A DNA stretch of 64,000 nt from an uncultured Planctomycetaceae bacterium (lineage in GTDB: Bacteria > Planctomycetota > Planctomycetia > Planctomycetales > Planctomycetaceae): positions 32,001-96,000 of the forward strand of contig CAWFGE010000010.1 of assembly GCA_963815195.1 (NCBI GenBank). Direction: 5' to 3'. How positions within the stretch are numbered: position 1 is the first letter of the stretch; each line of letters begins with the position of its first letter. Under the pieces are notes generated by a model. The model saw only the letters and a program-made list of their open reading frames with translations. It made no database searches and was not told the origin of the DNA. A program made the translations under genes and the position numbers. Positions 12,201 to 24,242 of the stretch are shown here, piece by piece.

Positions 12201-14138
12201 GCCACCGCGCCGCCCGATACAAGCGGCCCGCAAGTGGTCGGCCTCGAAACCACCGAAGTCTTGGGCACGCTCGATCAGATGGTCGTCGTGTTCAACGAAA
12301 CCGTCGATGCCACCACGTTTACCCCGGGCGACGTGGCGAGCCTCGTCGGGCCGGATAACACCGAAATCCTCGTGACGAGCATCGAGCAGCTTACCGGGAC
12401 GAAGTTCGCAATCCACTTCGATGAGCAAACCGCCTTTGGAACCTACACCGTCGTGTTGGGGCCGGAGATTCGCGATCTTGTCGGCAACCGCATGGACCAG
12501 GACGGCGACGGCACCGATGCGGAAGTCCCCGACGACCAGTTCACCGGCACGCTCATGCTCTCGCCCCGGCCGCCGTTCGAGGCCCATCTGGATTTCGGCA
12601 CCTCGAGTTCCCCCGTCGCCGCGGGCTATTCGCAGATTTTGAAGAACACGAGCTATAACGCAGGGACCGGCTTCGGCTGGCTGAGCGGAGCCGTCGACAG
12701 CCGGGACCGCGGCGGAGCCAACGGCGACGATGCGACCCGCGACTTCAACTTCACCCAGTTGGCCACCTTCGCCGTCGATGTGCCCGAGGCGAGTTCCTAT
12801 CAAGTCACGCTGACAATGGGCGACGGCCTGGGTTATGTGCGGGACGACATGGGCATTTTTCTCGAAGGCACGTTTGTGGATTCGGTGACCGCCGACGGCG
12901 TCAACTATGCCGTCCGCACCTACACCGTGACCGTCACCGACGGACAGTTGACATTGAAATTGGACGACCTGGGCGGCGATCCGTTGGTGATGATCAACTC
13001 GCTCGACATTCTCGAAGTCGGCCCCGACACGACCAGCCCCTATGTCGTCAGCGTCGATCCCAGCGATGAGATCCCCGAAACACTCGACCGCTTCACCGTC
13101 ACTTTTGACGAGACGATGGACTCGGCGACCTTTACGCTCGACGATGTGGTGAATATCCAAGGGCCGAACGGTTCGATCACGCCCACGGCCGTCAATGCGC
13201 TGTCCGGATCGCAATTCGAAGTCGTCTTTGCCCCGCAAACCACGCCCGGCAATTATACCCTGACCATCGGCCCCGACATCAGGGACCTCGCGGGCAATCC
13301 CATGGACCAGGACGGCGACGGGACCGGCGGAGAAAATCCCGACGACCGCTTTCAAACGACGGTGGCGCTCATTCCCCGCCCGCCGTTTGTGGGCCTCTAT
13401 GACTTCGGCACCGCCACCTCGCCCGTCGCGGCGGGTTATACGCAGGTCCTGAAGACAAGCGCCTACTCCGCGAGCGCGGGCTTCGGCTGGCTGAGCGGTT
13501 CCGGAGTCGACAGCCGCGACCGCGGGGCTTCCACGGGCGATGACCTCACGCGGGATTTCAACTACACCCCGTACGGAACCTTCGTGGTCGATGTGCCCGC
13601 GGCCGGCGATTACGAAGTGACGATTACGATGGGCGACGGTCTCGGTTACGTCCGCGACAACATGGGCGTCTTCCTCGAAGGCCAGCAGGTGGATTCCGTC
13701 ACGACCGATGGCGTCAGCTATGCCGTCCGCACTTATACGGTGACCGTCACCGATGGACAACTCACGCTGCTCTTGGACGACCTGGGCGGCGATCCGTTGG
13801 TGATGATCAACGCCCTCGAAGTCCGCGAGATCGTCCAGACAACCGCTTTGTCCGTGACCGAACCTTCGAGCGCCGGAACATCGATCGAAAGCGTCCCGGG
13901 GCCGGTGTCAGTGAATGCTCTGGAAGGAATTTCCCATCACCACGGCAACCCCATCGGCATTTCCTTGCCCGCGGGTGCGAATGGCAATCCGGAATCCTCA
14001 CCGCCAAGCCCCGAACTCAAACCGCCGCTACCGGCGAGAGAGGAGGTCCTCGAACAAGTCTTCTCCCAAAGCTGGCCGCTGATTCTGGAACAACTGGACG
14101 GCAGCGTCTTGGGGTCAGTCGGTCCAAATTTCGTGTGA
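9255..14138 (+). CDS. Extracellular S8 (subtilisin-like) serine peptidase with four tandem Ig-like + galactose-binding-like modules
   Basis: Catalytic VIDTG, HGTHVAG, AAAGN, GTSMATPHV; ELLEDRTLL motif; GGAG upstream of ATG 9255; four ~270-aa C-terminal repeats. Confidence 0.92.
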   Translation: MRQRLSGLSRRRAWRRELSFASEIELLEDRTLLAVAGLTGDPTDYAADSILVRYRDDNPHESAAPQSSVGNFFTDVPGLRVVHLSQGVTVADAVADYRSDPNVLYAEPNYLVHVDQIPNDPQFDAQWGMNNTGQTGGTVDADIDAPEAWNFNTGHGNTLVAVIDTGVDYTHEDLAQNIWVNPGEIPGDGIDNDNNGFVDDIHGYNFAYGNGNPLDDHDHGTHVAGIIGAVGNNGVGVAGVNWDVKIMAVKFLDYSGSGSISDAIQGIYYAVNNGAQISNNSWGLNGAYSQALQDALEYARDAGHIFVAAAGNGNSAGVGQNNDLIPFWPANHDLDNVVSVAALDHNDQIASFSNYGATTVDVGAPGVHILSTTIDDTYSTFSGTSMATPHVTGLLSLIWDQHPDWNWQQVLDRFYETLEPVDSLQGITVTGSKINAAAAVGPDVTGPQLRFTDPSGFIFDPIRSIRVQASEALDPANFGPENILSFMGPNGEIPVTDVVPVPGERNRIFEIQFPLQDVMGPYRLTLGGGITDMAGNVLDQDRDGIGGEAVDDTFDAAFDLVPFFSKLDFGTSSSPVQKGFQRVDPSMAYTSERGFGWTAGTIDTRDRGDNSGDDLTRDFDYATGSAELAVDVPAEPAVYDVTITMGDGSTGTGPRDDIAIFIEGQQLATVTTNPGEYVVTTFQVTISDGQFNLRLEDQGGSDPLVLINGLVVEAEGPDLVGPRVVKSVPSTETSGPLDRFTITFDEAVDPNSFTTADVISLTGPSGAITPTEVREVAPTIFEILFAPQTELGEYSLTIGPDIADLAGNPMDQDEDRVNGEPLQDTYSASAELVPIQPFDTQYDFGVYNSPVAAGYVQVLPNTTYNSTQGFGWVSGAIDGRDRGATTGDEATRDFNFTPLGTFVVDVPSDAVYNVTITMGDGLGYVRDDMGVFLEGELVDSVTADGTQYAVRTYQVRVTDGQLTLKLDDLGGDPLVMINALHVATAPPDTSGPQVVGLETTEVLGTLDQMVVVFNETVDATTFTPGDVASLVGPDNTEILVTSIEQLTGTKFAIHFDEQTAFGTYTVVLGPEIRDLVGNRMDQDGDGTDAEVPDDQFTGTLMLSPRPPFEAHLDFGTSSSPVAAGYSQILKNTSYNAGTGFGWLSGAVDSRDRGGANGDDATRDFNFTQLATFAVDVPEASSYQVTLTMGDGLGYVRDDMGIFLEGTFVDSVTADGVNYAVRTYTVTVTDGQLTLKLDDLGGDPLVMINSLDILEVGPDTTSPYVVSVDPSDEIPETLDRFTVTFDETMDSATFTLDDVVNIQGPNGSITPTAVNALSGSQFEVVFAPQTTPGNYTLTIGPDIRDLAGNPMDQDGDGTGGENPDDRFQTTVALIPRPPFVGLYDFGTATSPVAAGYTQVLKTSAYSASAGFGWLSGSGVDSRDRGASTGDDLTRDFNYTPYGTFVVDVPAAGDYEVTITMGDGLGYVRDNMGVFLEGQQVDSVTTDGVSYAVRTYTVTVTDGQLTLLLDDLGGDPLVMINALEVREIVQTTALSVTEPSSAGTSIESVPGPVSVNALEGISHHHGNPIGISLPAGANGNPESSPPSPELKPPLPAREEVLEQVFSQSWPLILEQLDGSVLGSVGPNFV

Positions 14139-14161
14139 TGGTGCTGCCCTCAAAATCAAGG

Positions 14162-14186
14162 CCGGCGGCTAGCGCCAGCCGCTCAC
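14162..14186. repeat. REP-like unit, family C (single inverted copy)
   Basis: ccggcggctagcgccagccgctcac is the reverse complement of the unit at 36495; lies between convergent genes. Confidence 0.7.
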
Positions 14187-14214
14187 TTTTACGTTCTGAG
14201 GGTTTGGATTCTCG

Positions 14215-16005
<1,791 letters not shown>

Positions 16006-16159
16006 GGGATAGCCAATCTCTCTATCTATTGAGCTCGAACGGTAAGTGCAAAATTCTTGAACCGCGGATAACGCGGATTTTCGCGGATAAAAATGGAACG
16101 ATGATTCAAATGGAATCCAAGTTTTTGCCGCGAACTGCGGGTATAATCCCTTCTTTAGA

Positions 16160-19100
16160 TCAGCGATTCCCGCACCCCTGGCAAAGCCAGTGGCACACCT
16201 TGTTACGGACTTGCGCCTTCGCGCGAGATGTGTTTTCTTCGACGACCGGCGCACCGGGCAAAAGCTGAGCCTTGGGGTCTTCCGGGGGTTTATCCAACAG
16301 GAGAAACGCGAACAAGTCCACGATTTCCTGCGGTTTGAGTTGCTTTTCGATGCCTTCGGGCATCAGCGAGACCTGACTTTGCTTGACGGCGGCGACTTCG
16401 TTCCGCGGGATCGTTTCCAACTTGCCGCCCTGGACTTTGAGCACGATCCGCTGCTCGCTGTTTTCCACGACCAAACCCGCCAGCACCCGGCCTTCCTCCG
16501 TGGCCACGGTCAGCGGTCGATAGTCCGACCCGATGACCAGACTCGGATCGAACACGTTGGACAAGAGTTGGTCAAACGAAGCCCGGCCGTTCGAGGTAAT
16601 GTCCGGCCCGACCTCTTTGCCCTCGCCGTAGATTTTGTGGCATTGAGCGCAGAGCTTGTTGAAGGCCACGCGGCCGCGGATGGCATCGCCGGGCGTGGTT
16701 TGGATGAGGTTTTTCATCTTGGCGACGAATTGCTCCCGCGCGGGGTCGCGGCCCACGCGAACCACGCCCCAATGCTCGCGGACCGCTTTCGCAAGCTCCG
16801 CATCGTTCTGCGCCAGGAGCTTTCGCACCTGATTGATGTTCAACACGCTCGCCGGAAGCTTTTTTGTACCGATCGCGGCCAGCAGCGACTTGCTCCAACC
16901 GGGCCGCTGCGTGAGCAGTTCCACCGCTTTGGGTTGGAGATCGTTTTCCATCCGCGGATAAGCCGAGAGCACCACGACCGCCACTTGATCGGAAGACACG
17001 CGGCCCAACTCCGCCAGAGCGGATTCGCGAAGTTCCAAAGGCTGATTCTTGGAATCCATCAAAATCGGCTGCACATCGGAGAGGACATGCTCGTCCTTGG
17101 CCGAGACCAACGCCTGTAGCGCCTGGAGCCGATGCTGCGGCGCGAGTTTGCGGTTCGCCAGCAACACACGGCAGGCGGCGATGGCACGAGGTTCTTTCCA
17201 CGAAGCCGCAAGCCCCAACGCATCGAAGAACAACGGGTTATCTTCCGGGATGCCGAATTTGACGATCTCGGCCAACTGTGGATCGAGCCGAGACTGCAAA
17301 ACCTTTAACTCGTCGCCCGCCAACTCGCGAGTTTGCACGCGCTCGGCCAGGAGCTTCAAACAGGTCTGGGCGGCGTCCCGGTTGGACTTTGGATCTTTCA
17401 GCAAAGCCGTGAGCAACAGCCCCACGCTCTCGGCACCCGTTTTTTTGATGGCCAATATCCGATCCACCACCCGCGGCAGGATGCGCACCACCGCAGGCTT
17501 TTGGAGCAATTGCTCCTTCAAAATCGCCTCCAAAAACGGCCGGCTGTTTGTTTCCAAGAGCGGATGCAGGTTCTGCCAGACAATATGGGGAATCACCGGA
17601 TCATTGCCGGCGTTGGAAAGCACGGCGAGCAGCGTGGGAATTGTTTCCACGGCGTCGAGCTTCGGAGCCGCGATTGCGACCTGGAGTTTGACATCGGGAG
17701 ACGGATCATCCGAAAGGGCTGCGACGCCAGCGGCGATCAGCGGTTTCACCTTTCCGAAATTCCCCGCCGCCCGCACACCCCACGCGCGAAGGCTGGGACT
17801 TTTATGCGAGAGCAACTGCGAATGAAACTCCGGCCGCAGGCTTTGCGTCCCCACAATCGCGAACAACGCATGCATGCAGGTCTTGTGCGGCACCTCGGAA
17901 TCGAGCACCAACTCTTCCAGCTTCGCATTGGCCGCGGGGTGGTTGCGTTCGGCTAGCAGCCGCTGGGCGATGTCGCGGTAAAATACGTTCGGGCTTTTCA
18001 AGCGTTCGATGAGTTCGTCGTCGGTTTCTTTCGCGAGATTGAACTTCTTCGCCCGCGGCGTGTTTTTGTAGCGGATGCGATACAGCCGGCCGTGCAGGCG
18101 GTCGAGGCCCTTCGGATCGCGGCGGGCATCTTGATAGCAGTGATAGCGGTCGTACCAATCCAAAACCCACAGGCAGCCGTCGGGTCCGGTCTTTTGAGCG
18201 ACGGGCATGAACCACACATCGTTCGCGGTCAGAAAATCCGGCCGGGGCGTGGCGAAGTACGTGGAACCATCCCGGCGGAGGGTATCCACATTGATGCAGC
18301 CGCCGTGGATGTTGCCCATGTAGAGATGGTCGCGGTATTCCTTGGGATACGCGTCGCTGTCGAAATAATGAATCCCGCAGTAAGCCGCCATCTGGTGCTG
18401 GTGCTTGACGATGGAGCCGAGCTTCCAAGTGAACGGCGGATAGGGGCCGCCCTGGCGATGGTAATAACCGCTTTCCGTAATGTGCCAAAGATGGTCGATC
18501 ACGCAGGCGCTCAAAAACGCGCTGCCTTCCGGATCCCAGGCGATGCCCCACGGATTGCTCGTGCCCTCGGCGAACACTTGAAACTCCCGCGTTCGCGGAT
18601 TGATCCGAAACAGAGCGCAGGTGAATGGAAAGCCTTCGGGATGATCTTTCGCATGCGGGGACGACGGCGGATATTTGACGTGGCTGTGATTGAACACGCC
18701 GTTTAAGCCGTACAGAAAACCGTCCGGCCCCCAGGTCAACGAGTTGGGCAATTCGTGCGTATCCGCGCGGCCGAAGCCCGTGACGACGACTTCCCGGCGG
18801 TCGGCTTTCAGATCGCCATCGGTGTCTTCGAGAAACAGAATGTCCGGAGCATTCGCGACCCATACGCCGCCGAAGCCCACGGCGATCCCGGAAGGAATAT
18901 TGAGCCCGTCCGCGAAGATCGTCGTCTTATCGATCGTGCCGTCGCTGTCGGTGTCTTCCAGAACTTTCACGCGGTCCCGGCCTTGGCCCGGCGAGGAGCG
19001 GGGATACTCGAGCGACTCCGTGACCCACACCCGGCCCTGTTCGTCGAAGGTCATCGCCACCGGGTTCACCAAATCCGGCTCGCTCACGACCAGTTCGACC

Positions 19101-19276
19101 GAAAAACCTTCGGGCACGGTCATCTTCTTTATGGCTTCCGCCGGAGAAAGCGGCGGCCCCGGTAGCTTGGTTTGCTTCCGCGGGATGAACGTCTCCTGGG
19201 CGGAAAGCGAACCGGCAAAAAAGAAAACCAGCCCCGCGCCGAGCCAGACGGGAAGAACAGAGTTGAGCGACTTCAT
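16160..19276 (-). CDS. PVC-type heme-binding CxxCH protein (dehydrogenase-like propeller + HEAT repeats + cytochrome c)
   Basis: [43 protein letters not shown]. True stop may be ~16202 if one A is missing in gaagaaaac. Confidence 0.9.
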   Translation of the reverse strand: MKSLNSVLPVWLGAGLVFFFAGSLSAQETFIPRKQTKLPGPPLSPAEAIKKMTVPEGFSVELVVSEPDLVNPVAMTFDEQGRVWVTESLEYPRSSPGQGRDRVKVLEDTDSDGTIDKTTIFADGLNIPSGIAVGFGGVWVANAPDILFLEDTDGDLKADRREVVVTGFGRADTHELPNSLTWGPDGFLYGLNGVFNHSHVKYPPSSPHAKDHPEGFPFTCALFRINPRTREFQVFAEGTSNPWGIAWDPEGSAFLSACVIDHLWHITESGYYHRQGGPYPPFTWKLGSIVKHQHQMAAYCGIHYFDSDAYPKEYRDHLYMGNIHGGCINVDTLRRDGSTYFATPRPDFLTANDVWFMPVAQKTGPDGCLWVLDWYDRYHCYQDARRDPKGLDRLHGRLYRIRYKNTPRAKKFNLAKETDDELIERLKSPNVFYRDIAQRLLAERNHPAANAKLEELVLDSEVPHKTCMHALFAIVGTQSLRPEFHSQLLSHKSPSLRAWGVRAAGNFGKVKPLIAAGVAALSDDPSPDVKLQVAIAAPKLDAVETIPTLLAVLSNAGNDPVIPHIVWQNLHPLLETNSRPFLEAILKEQLLQKPAVVRILPRVVDRILAIKKTGAESVGLLLTALLKDPKSNRDAAQTCLKLLAERVQTRELAGDELKVLQSRLDPQLAEIVKFGIPEDNPLFFDALGLAASWKEPRAIAACRVLLANRKLAPQHRLQALQALVSAKDEHVLSDVQPILMDSKNQPLELRESALAELGRVSSDQVAVVVLSAYPRMENDLQPKAVELLTQRPGWSKSLLAAIGTKKLPASVLNINQVRKLLAQNDAELAKAVREHWGVVRVGRDPAREQFVAKMKNLIQTTPGDAIRGRVAFNKLCAQCHKIYGEGKEVGPDITSNGRASFDQLLSNVFDPSLVIGSDYRPLTVATEEGRVLAGLVVENSEQRIVLKVQGGKLETIPRNEVAAVKQSQVSLMPEGIEKQLKPQEIVDLFAFLLLDKPPEDPKAQLLPGAPVVEENTSRAKAQVRNKVCHWLCQGCGNR

Positions 19277-19512
19277 GGAGCAACCTCGAATCGCGGAATG
19301 GAGAAATCGGTATTTGGCCGATTGTAGCGCGAAACGAGAACGAGAATCAACGCGCTCGGCCGAGTGAAGGCAGAGGCCCTCTGCAACGCAGCCAGCCCCA
19401 AGTCAGCCGAGCTTGAGCCGAGTCGGTTCGATCCGAACTGACAGAGCCAACGGCGATTCCGCCCTGGCCAAAAACGTTTCCGATTGGGAGACCGCACCTT
19501 GGTCCGGTGCCC

Positions 19513-21094
19513 TTAACGTTCAATCGGCTCTTTCTCAAAGTCGCTGGGCGAGACCCAGCCGGCTCTGAGTTTTTCGCCCTTCATGTAGCGTTCGTAGAAG
19601 CCCCGACCGTCGGGGTTGGCGTAGAGGTATTCCTCGAACACATTCCCCTTGCCGAACATCCGCGGGTCGCCTTGTTGTTTGAGTTCCGCCGTTAGTTGCT
19701 TCTGCAATTTCTGCTTGATCTCGGCGTGCTGCGAGTCGTTCGCCAGGTTGTGCAGGCAATCGGGATCGGTCTTCAGATCGTAAAGTTCTTCCGCCGGGCG
19801 TTTCCCGAAGCAGAGTTCCCAAAATTTCCCTCCTTCAGACATCGTGCGGCCTTGAAGGATCAGCGTTTTCGTCGGGCCGCCGTCGCAGTTGAGGTAACCG
19901 GTTTCGGGATTGCCGCCCGGCCAGCGGTCGGTCTCGAAATTCCGGACGTAAAGCATGCCGTTCTTCACGATGCCTCGGATCGGATAACCCCAATCGTGCG
20001 GCCGGCCGATGTCGTGGCGTTCCTTGCCCACGAGCACATGATCCCGCTGCGGGTTGACCTGCCCGGATTTTTCCGAAAACAAAATGTCCGTCAAGCTCCG
20101 CCCGGGCGAAGGGGACATGCCGGTGTCATCCCACTTGAGTCCCGCGACTTCGACGAACGTGGGGGCGATGTCGGCGAAGCTCACATAATCCTCCACCACG
20201 CGGCCGGGGTTTTTGAGGCCCCGCTTCCACATGATCGCCATCGGCACGTGGTTCGAATAATTGTAAGCCTGCCCCTTGCAGCGCGGAAAGGGCATCCCGT
20301 GGTCCGAAGTCGCGACGACGAGCGTGTTGCCCAAAAGGCCGCGCTCGTCCAAGGCGTTGAGCATGCGGTCCAGGTGATGATCGAAATGCTCGACTTCGAC
20401 CGCGTAGTCCAAAATGTCGTTGCGGACGGTCTCGTTGTCCGGCCAGAAGCCGGGGACGTGCCCGATGTCTGTAATCTTCTTGCCCCGCTCGGCTCCCGCG
20501 CCTTTTTGATAGCCCCGGTGCGGTTCGGTGGCTCCGTACCAGAAACACCAGGGTTTGTCCTTGGGGGCGGCTTTCAGGAAATCCTCGAAGTTGCTCGCGT
20601 AGTCGTTCGCGCTGACGTTGCCCACCTCCGGCTTCGCCTTCCGGCGATTGAAGCCTTGGCCGGTCATGGGCCGCGGTTTGCCGTCGGCGGTCTTCGCGAC
20701 GCCCGGCCCCCAGCCCTTGCCAGTGTAGCCCACAAAGTAGCCGGTCTCGGACAGCACCTCGGTATAAACTTTGAACTTCGCGGGAAAATAGCAAATGTGG
20801 TTCGCGGCATCTTCCAACTGCCAGGAGTTCCGCCCGGTCAGCAAAATCGACCGCGACGGGCAGCACTTGGCGTTCGGCGTGAAGGCATTCGTAAACCGCA
20901 CCCCGCCCTTCGCCACCCGGTCAAAGCCCGGCGTATTGACCCACTTGCAGCCATCCACGCTCGAATGCCCATGCGACCAATCGTCCGCCATCGCAAACAA
21001 AATGTTCGGCTTCGCGTCTGGGGCATCGGCGGCGACAGACTCTTGTGCCGATCAAACCCAAAAGAAGAAGAAAGCAACAGCGGTAATATCTCAT
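19513..21094 (-). CDS. Sulfatase (sulfamidase-like); frameshift near 21048
   Basis: [21 protein letters not shown]; signal peptide [16 protein letters not shown] is in an adjacent frame just upstream. Confidence 0.85.
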
Positions 21095-21284
21095 GATCCA
21101 AGCCTCGGCCAAGATTCTCGAATGAAACACAGCCCATCGTTTCGTTCAACAATATCCACTTGGGCGCATTCCCGCCAGCGCTGCCCGGCGAACCCCCGCC
21201 CCGGCAATTGTCACCGCTTCCGTTCTGCGATAGGATCCATCTCATCGATTGATCCACTCTTGGTTAGCACAGGGAGATTCCACG

Positions 21285-21999
21285 ATGAGATTCACAAGTT
21301 GGCTGGCGGTGCTGTGTTTGATCTCGGCGGGAGCGAGGGCAGCGGACTATCCGCCATTGAAGGGAGAATTCCAGCCTAAGAAGATGATGAATGGCTTGCC
21401 GTTGGTGTTCTCGGACGATTTCGACTCCGGCAAAGCCTCGCACTGGGAACCCACCGACAAGTCCGCCTGGACGGTGAAAGACCAGGCCGGCAACAAAGTG
21501 TATGCCCTCACCAAAAAGAAAAGCGACTTCAACCCGCCCACGCGGTCGCCGTTCAACCGCTCGCTGGTGAAAGGCGTCGTCGTGGAGAGTTTTGTGTTCG
21601 ATGTGCATCTGCAATCCACGCACCCCGATTACGCGCATCGCGATTTGTGCCTGTTCTTCGGCTATCAGGACGATTCGCATTTGTATTACGTGCACTTCGG
21701 CAAGAAGACCGACGACCACGCCAATCAGATTTTCATCGTCAACGACAGCGACCGCAAAAAGATTTCCACCAAGACCACGCCCGGCACCGATTGGAACGAT
21801 GAATGGCATCACGCCCGGATTGTCCGCGACGCCGAGAGCGGTAAAATCGATGTGTACTTCGACGATATGAAAACCCCGGTGATGACCGCGAATGATAAAA
21901 CATTCTCCGACGGGCCGCGTGGGCGTGGGTTCCTTCGACGACACCGGCCAGTTCGATCGGATCTTGCTGTATGGGAACAAAGTCGAAACCGACAAGTAA
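21285..21999 (+). CDS. Secreted concanavalin-A/LamG-like fold protein; frameshift near 21912
   Basis: Signal peptide, FSDDFD, WHHARIVRD; alternative frame continues GRVGVGSFDDTGQFDRILLYG to TAA 21997-21999. Confidence 0.7.
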
Positions 22000-22032
22000 T
22001 TTCAGTAGTTCCAAAAAAAGCTTGGTTTCCCT

Positions 22033-22143
22033 AGAGCCGCGCACGAAGTAAGCGGTTTTTGTTGGTTTCCTTAGAGCCGCGCACGAAGTAAGCGGTTTTT
22101 CAAGATCAGAGAACGCAAGACCGCTTACTTCGTGCGCGGCTCT
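22033..22143. repeat. REP-like cluster, family B (two direct copies at 40-bp period plus one inverted)
   Basis: agagccgcgcacgaagtaagcgg at 22033 and 22073; reverse complement at 22121. Confidence 0.92.
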
Positions 22144-22191
22144 CGCCTTTCTCCGCGGCGGTTGGAAGCCGACGCGACGAAGAAGAATGGC

Positions 22192-23085
22192 ATGAGTCTG
22201 TCTCCCTATCATTTGGGCTGCCCGGTTTGGGCGAATCCGCAGTGGGCGGGTTCCTTCTACACGAGGAAAGCCGCCCGCGCGGACTTCTTGCCGCAGTACT
22301 CCCAGGTGTTTAACACCGTCGAAGTCAGCAGCACGTTTTATGCGATCCCGCCGATCGAAACGGTGCGCCGCTGGGCGGACGAGGTGCAATCCGGGTTTCG
22401 GTTCTGCCTGAAGTTCCCGCGCGTGATCAGCCACGACAAAAAGCTCATCAGCGTCGGCTACGAAACCTCGGCCTTTCTGGAACTCCTGAAAGTGCTCGGC
22501 GAGGCGGAGCGTTTGGGGCCTGCATTTTTGCAGTTGGGGCCGAATTTCTCCGCGCGGGATTTTCCCCGGCTGCGGGCGTATTTGGAACGCCTGCCGCGGG
22601 ATTTTCCTTATGCCGTCGAAGTCCGGCACGCCGATTACTTCGACAGCGGCCGGCATGAGTCGGCCCTCAATCAGATGCTGGCCGAGTTGCAGATGGACCG
22701 CGTGCTGCTCGACAGCCGGCCCTTGTTTTCCGCCCCCGCCAGCACCGAAGCCGAGGCGCGTTCCCAGGAACGAAAACCCCGCGTCCCAGTGCGTTACGAC
22801 ACGACGGCCCAATCGCCGCTCGTGCGGTTGATCGGCCGCGATGATTTAAGCACGCTCGTCCCCTGGGTTGAAGAATGGGCGAAGATCGTCGTCGATTGGC
22901 TCGAAGCCGGCAAAACGCCGTTCGTCTTCACGCACACGCCCAACGACATTTACGCCCCCGCGTTCGGCCGCTTGTTCCACGAAGCCGTCCGCCGGCACCG
23001 CCCCGCCGTTCACGCCATGCCCGATTGGCCCGCCGAGACCGAACCCCCGCCGGTGAAGCAACGGCGGCTGTTCGGGGAGGATTAA
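22192..23085 (+). CDS. DUF72 (YecE-like) domain protein
   Basis: YSQVFNTVEVSSTFYAIP, FRFCLKFPRVISH, YAVEVRH. Confidence 0.9.
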   Translation: MSLSPYHLGCPVWANPQWAGSFYTRKAARADFLPQYSQVFNTVEVSSTFYAIPPIETVRRWADEVQSGFRFCLKFPRVISHDKKLISVGYETSAFLELLKVLGEAERLGPAFLQLGPNFSARDFPRLRAYLERLPRDFPYAVEVRHADYFDSGRHESALNQMLAELQMDRVLLDSRPLFSAPASTEAEARSQERKPRVPVRYDTTAQSPLVRLIGRDDLSTLVPWVEEWAKIVVDWLEAGKTPFVFTHTPNDIYAPAFGRLFHEAVRRHRPAVHAMPDWPAETEPPPVKQRRLFGED

Positions 23086-23801
23086 CCAGGTTCAGGGAGG
23101 TTTCGGAACCGTTTTCGAAAGATGACGATCGCTCCCGCCAGGCCGACGCCCAAGAGCAGAAGCGACGCGGGTTCCGGGTTGGCGATCACCGGGGCATCAT
23201 CGGGGGGATCGACGAGGCCGGAAACAACCGAATACGCCGAGAGAGGTTCCATAGGCGGCGTGACCATCGCTTCGTAAAAGCTTCCCGAAAAGGTTTGCGG
23301 TGCCGGAACATTCGGGCCGTCAAAGGTGACATCGAACCGAGCGCCGGCGAAATCCCGGCCCAGGACGTGCATCCGCTCGACGTCGCCGTTTCCGACCATC
23401 TTGTCCACATCGATTGCGAAGCTGAAGGTTTCACCGGGATTAAAGTTTGTGAAGTTCAAAGTAAGAAGTTGCGAGCCGTCGAAGCTGGATCCAAAAGGCG
23501 TCGGCGCGGAAAACGTGCCCCCAGCGGGCATCGTCAGCACCTGAAAGTCACTGCTGGGATTGGTGCCAGCGCCGTTGCTGGCCGTGTCAAACAGCAAATC
23601 GCTGGGCAATTGGATGGAAATCCCGGTGATACCGATTCCCGAGTCAATCGCCGAAGTATTCGTGATCGTGAATAGATCGCCGGTCCTGTCGGCACCTTGT
23701 GTTTCCATAAATGTGGCGAATGCGCCAACAGAAACGAACCCGGCCCGCGCACTGCTGCACGCCAACAAGGCAGCTAACATCAAAATCCAGACGTGTTGCA
23801 T
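23082..23801 (-). CDS. PEP-CTERM sorting-domain surface protein
   Basis: Signal peptide; C-terminal NPEPASLLLLGVGLAGAIVIFRKR; Ser/Thr/Asn-rich body. Confidence 0.9.
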   Translation of the reverse strand: MQHVWILMLAALLACSSARAGFVSVGAFATFMETQGADRTGDLFTITNTSAIDSGIGITGISIQLPSDLLFDTASNGAGTNPSSDFQVLTMPAGGTFSAPTPFGSSFDGSQLLTLNFTNFNPGETFSFAIDVDKMVGNGDVERMHVLGRDFAGARFDVTFDGPNVPAPQTFSGSFYEAMVTPPMEPLSAYSVVSGLVDPPDDAPVIANPEPASLLLLGVGLAGAIVIFRKRFRNLPEPG

Positions 23802-24242
23802 AAACGTGTCCTAAAGTGCATTCGCTTGGTGATCCCACTCTGTGGGAAGAGGTTCTCTATCTCGCCTGCATTTTCTGAATTTGGCAGATTCGACATATTA
23901 TGCCGATGGGTCGATTCCAATGTAATCGGAAAAAAGTGGATAATTGTCTAAGTGTTTTTACTATTATCCCTAGGGGTGGTCGGGATTTTTTATCTGTAAA
24001 TGTGTATTTTTCGGGCCTCGACTGAGCAATTTTCCCGACGTTCGGTTGAGGAGGAACTCCCCGGCAATACCGTGTGGATTGTGTTTCCAAGGGAGGGCAA
24101 CTCTGGCTCAGTAAGTACGGGGTCAAGGTTCCTCATTTTGCTAAACCGGACGCGTTTTTACTGTTCAAGATTCAATCTCAGGTTAGAATAAATGGGGTTT
24201 CAGATTCGCATTTGATCCATTCTCTTTTGAGGGAACAGCGAC

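Noticed and set aside
16160..16205. Extra Cys/His motif (VCHWLCQGC) at the C-terminus of the PVC heme protein
   Set aside because: It is translation through a palindromic repeat (ctggcaaagccagtggcac), probably caused by a missing A just upstream
22033..22143. CRISPR array (also considered for 30110-30350 and 36492-36609)
   Set aside because: Only 2-3 units, no unique spacers of constant length, mixed orientation and no cas genes
23802..24242. ncRNA or sigma54 promoter in the AT-rich region upstream of the PEP-CTERM gene
   Set aside because: No GG-N10-GC motif or stable fold found; consistent with ordinary divergent promoters
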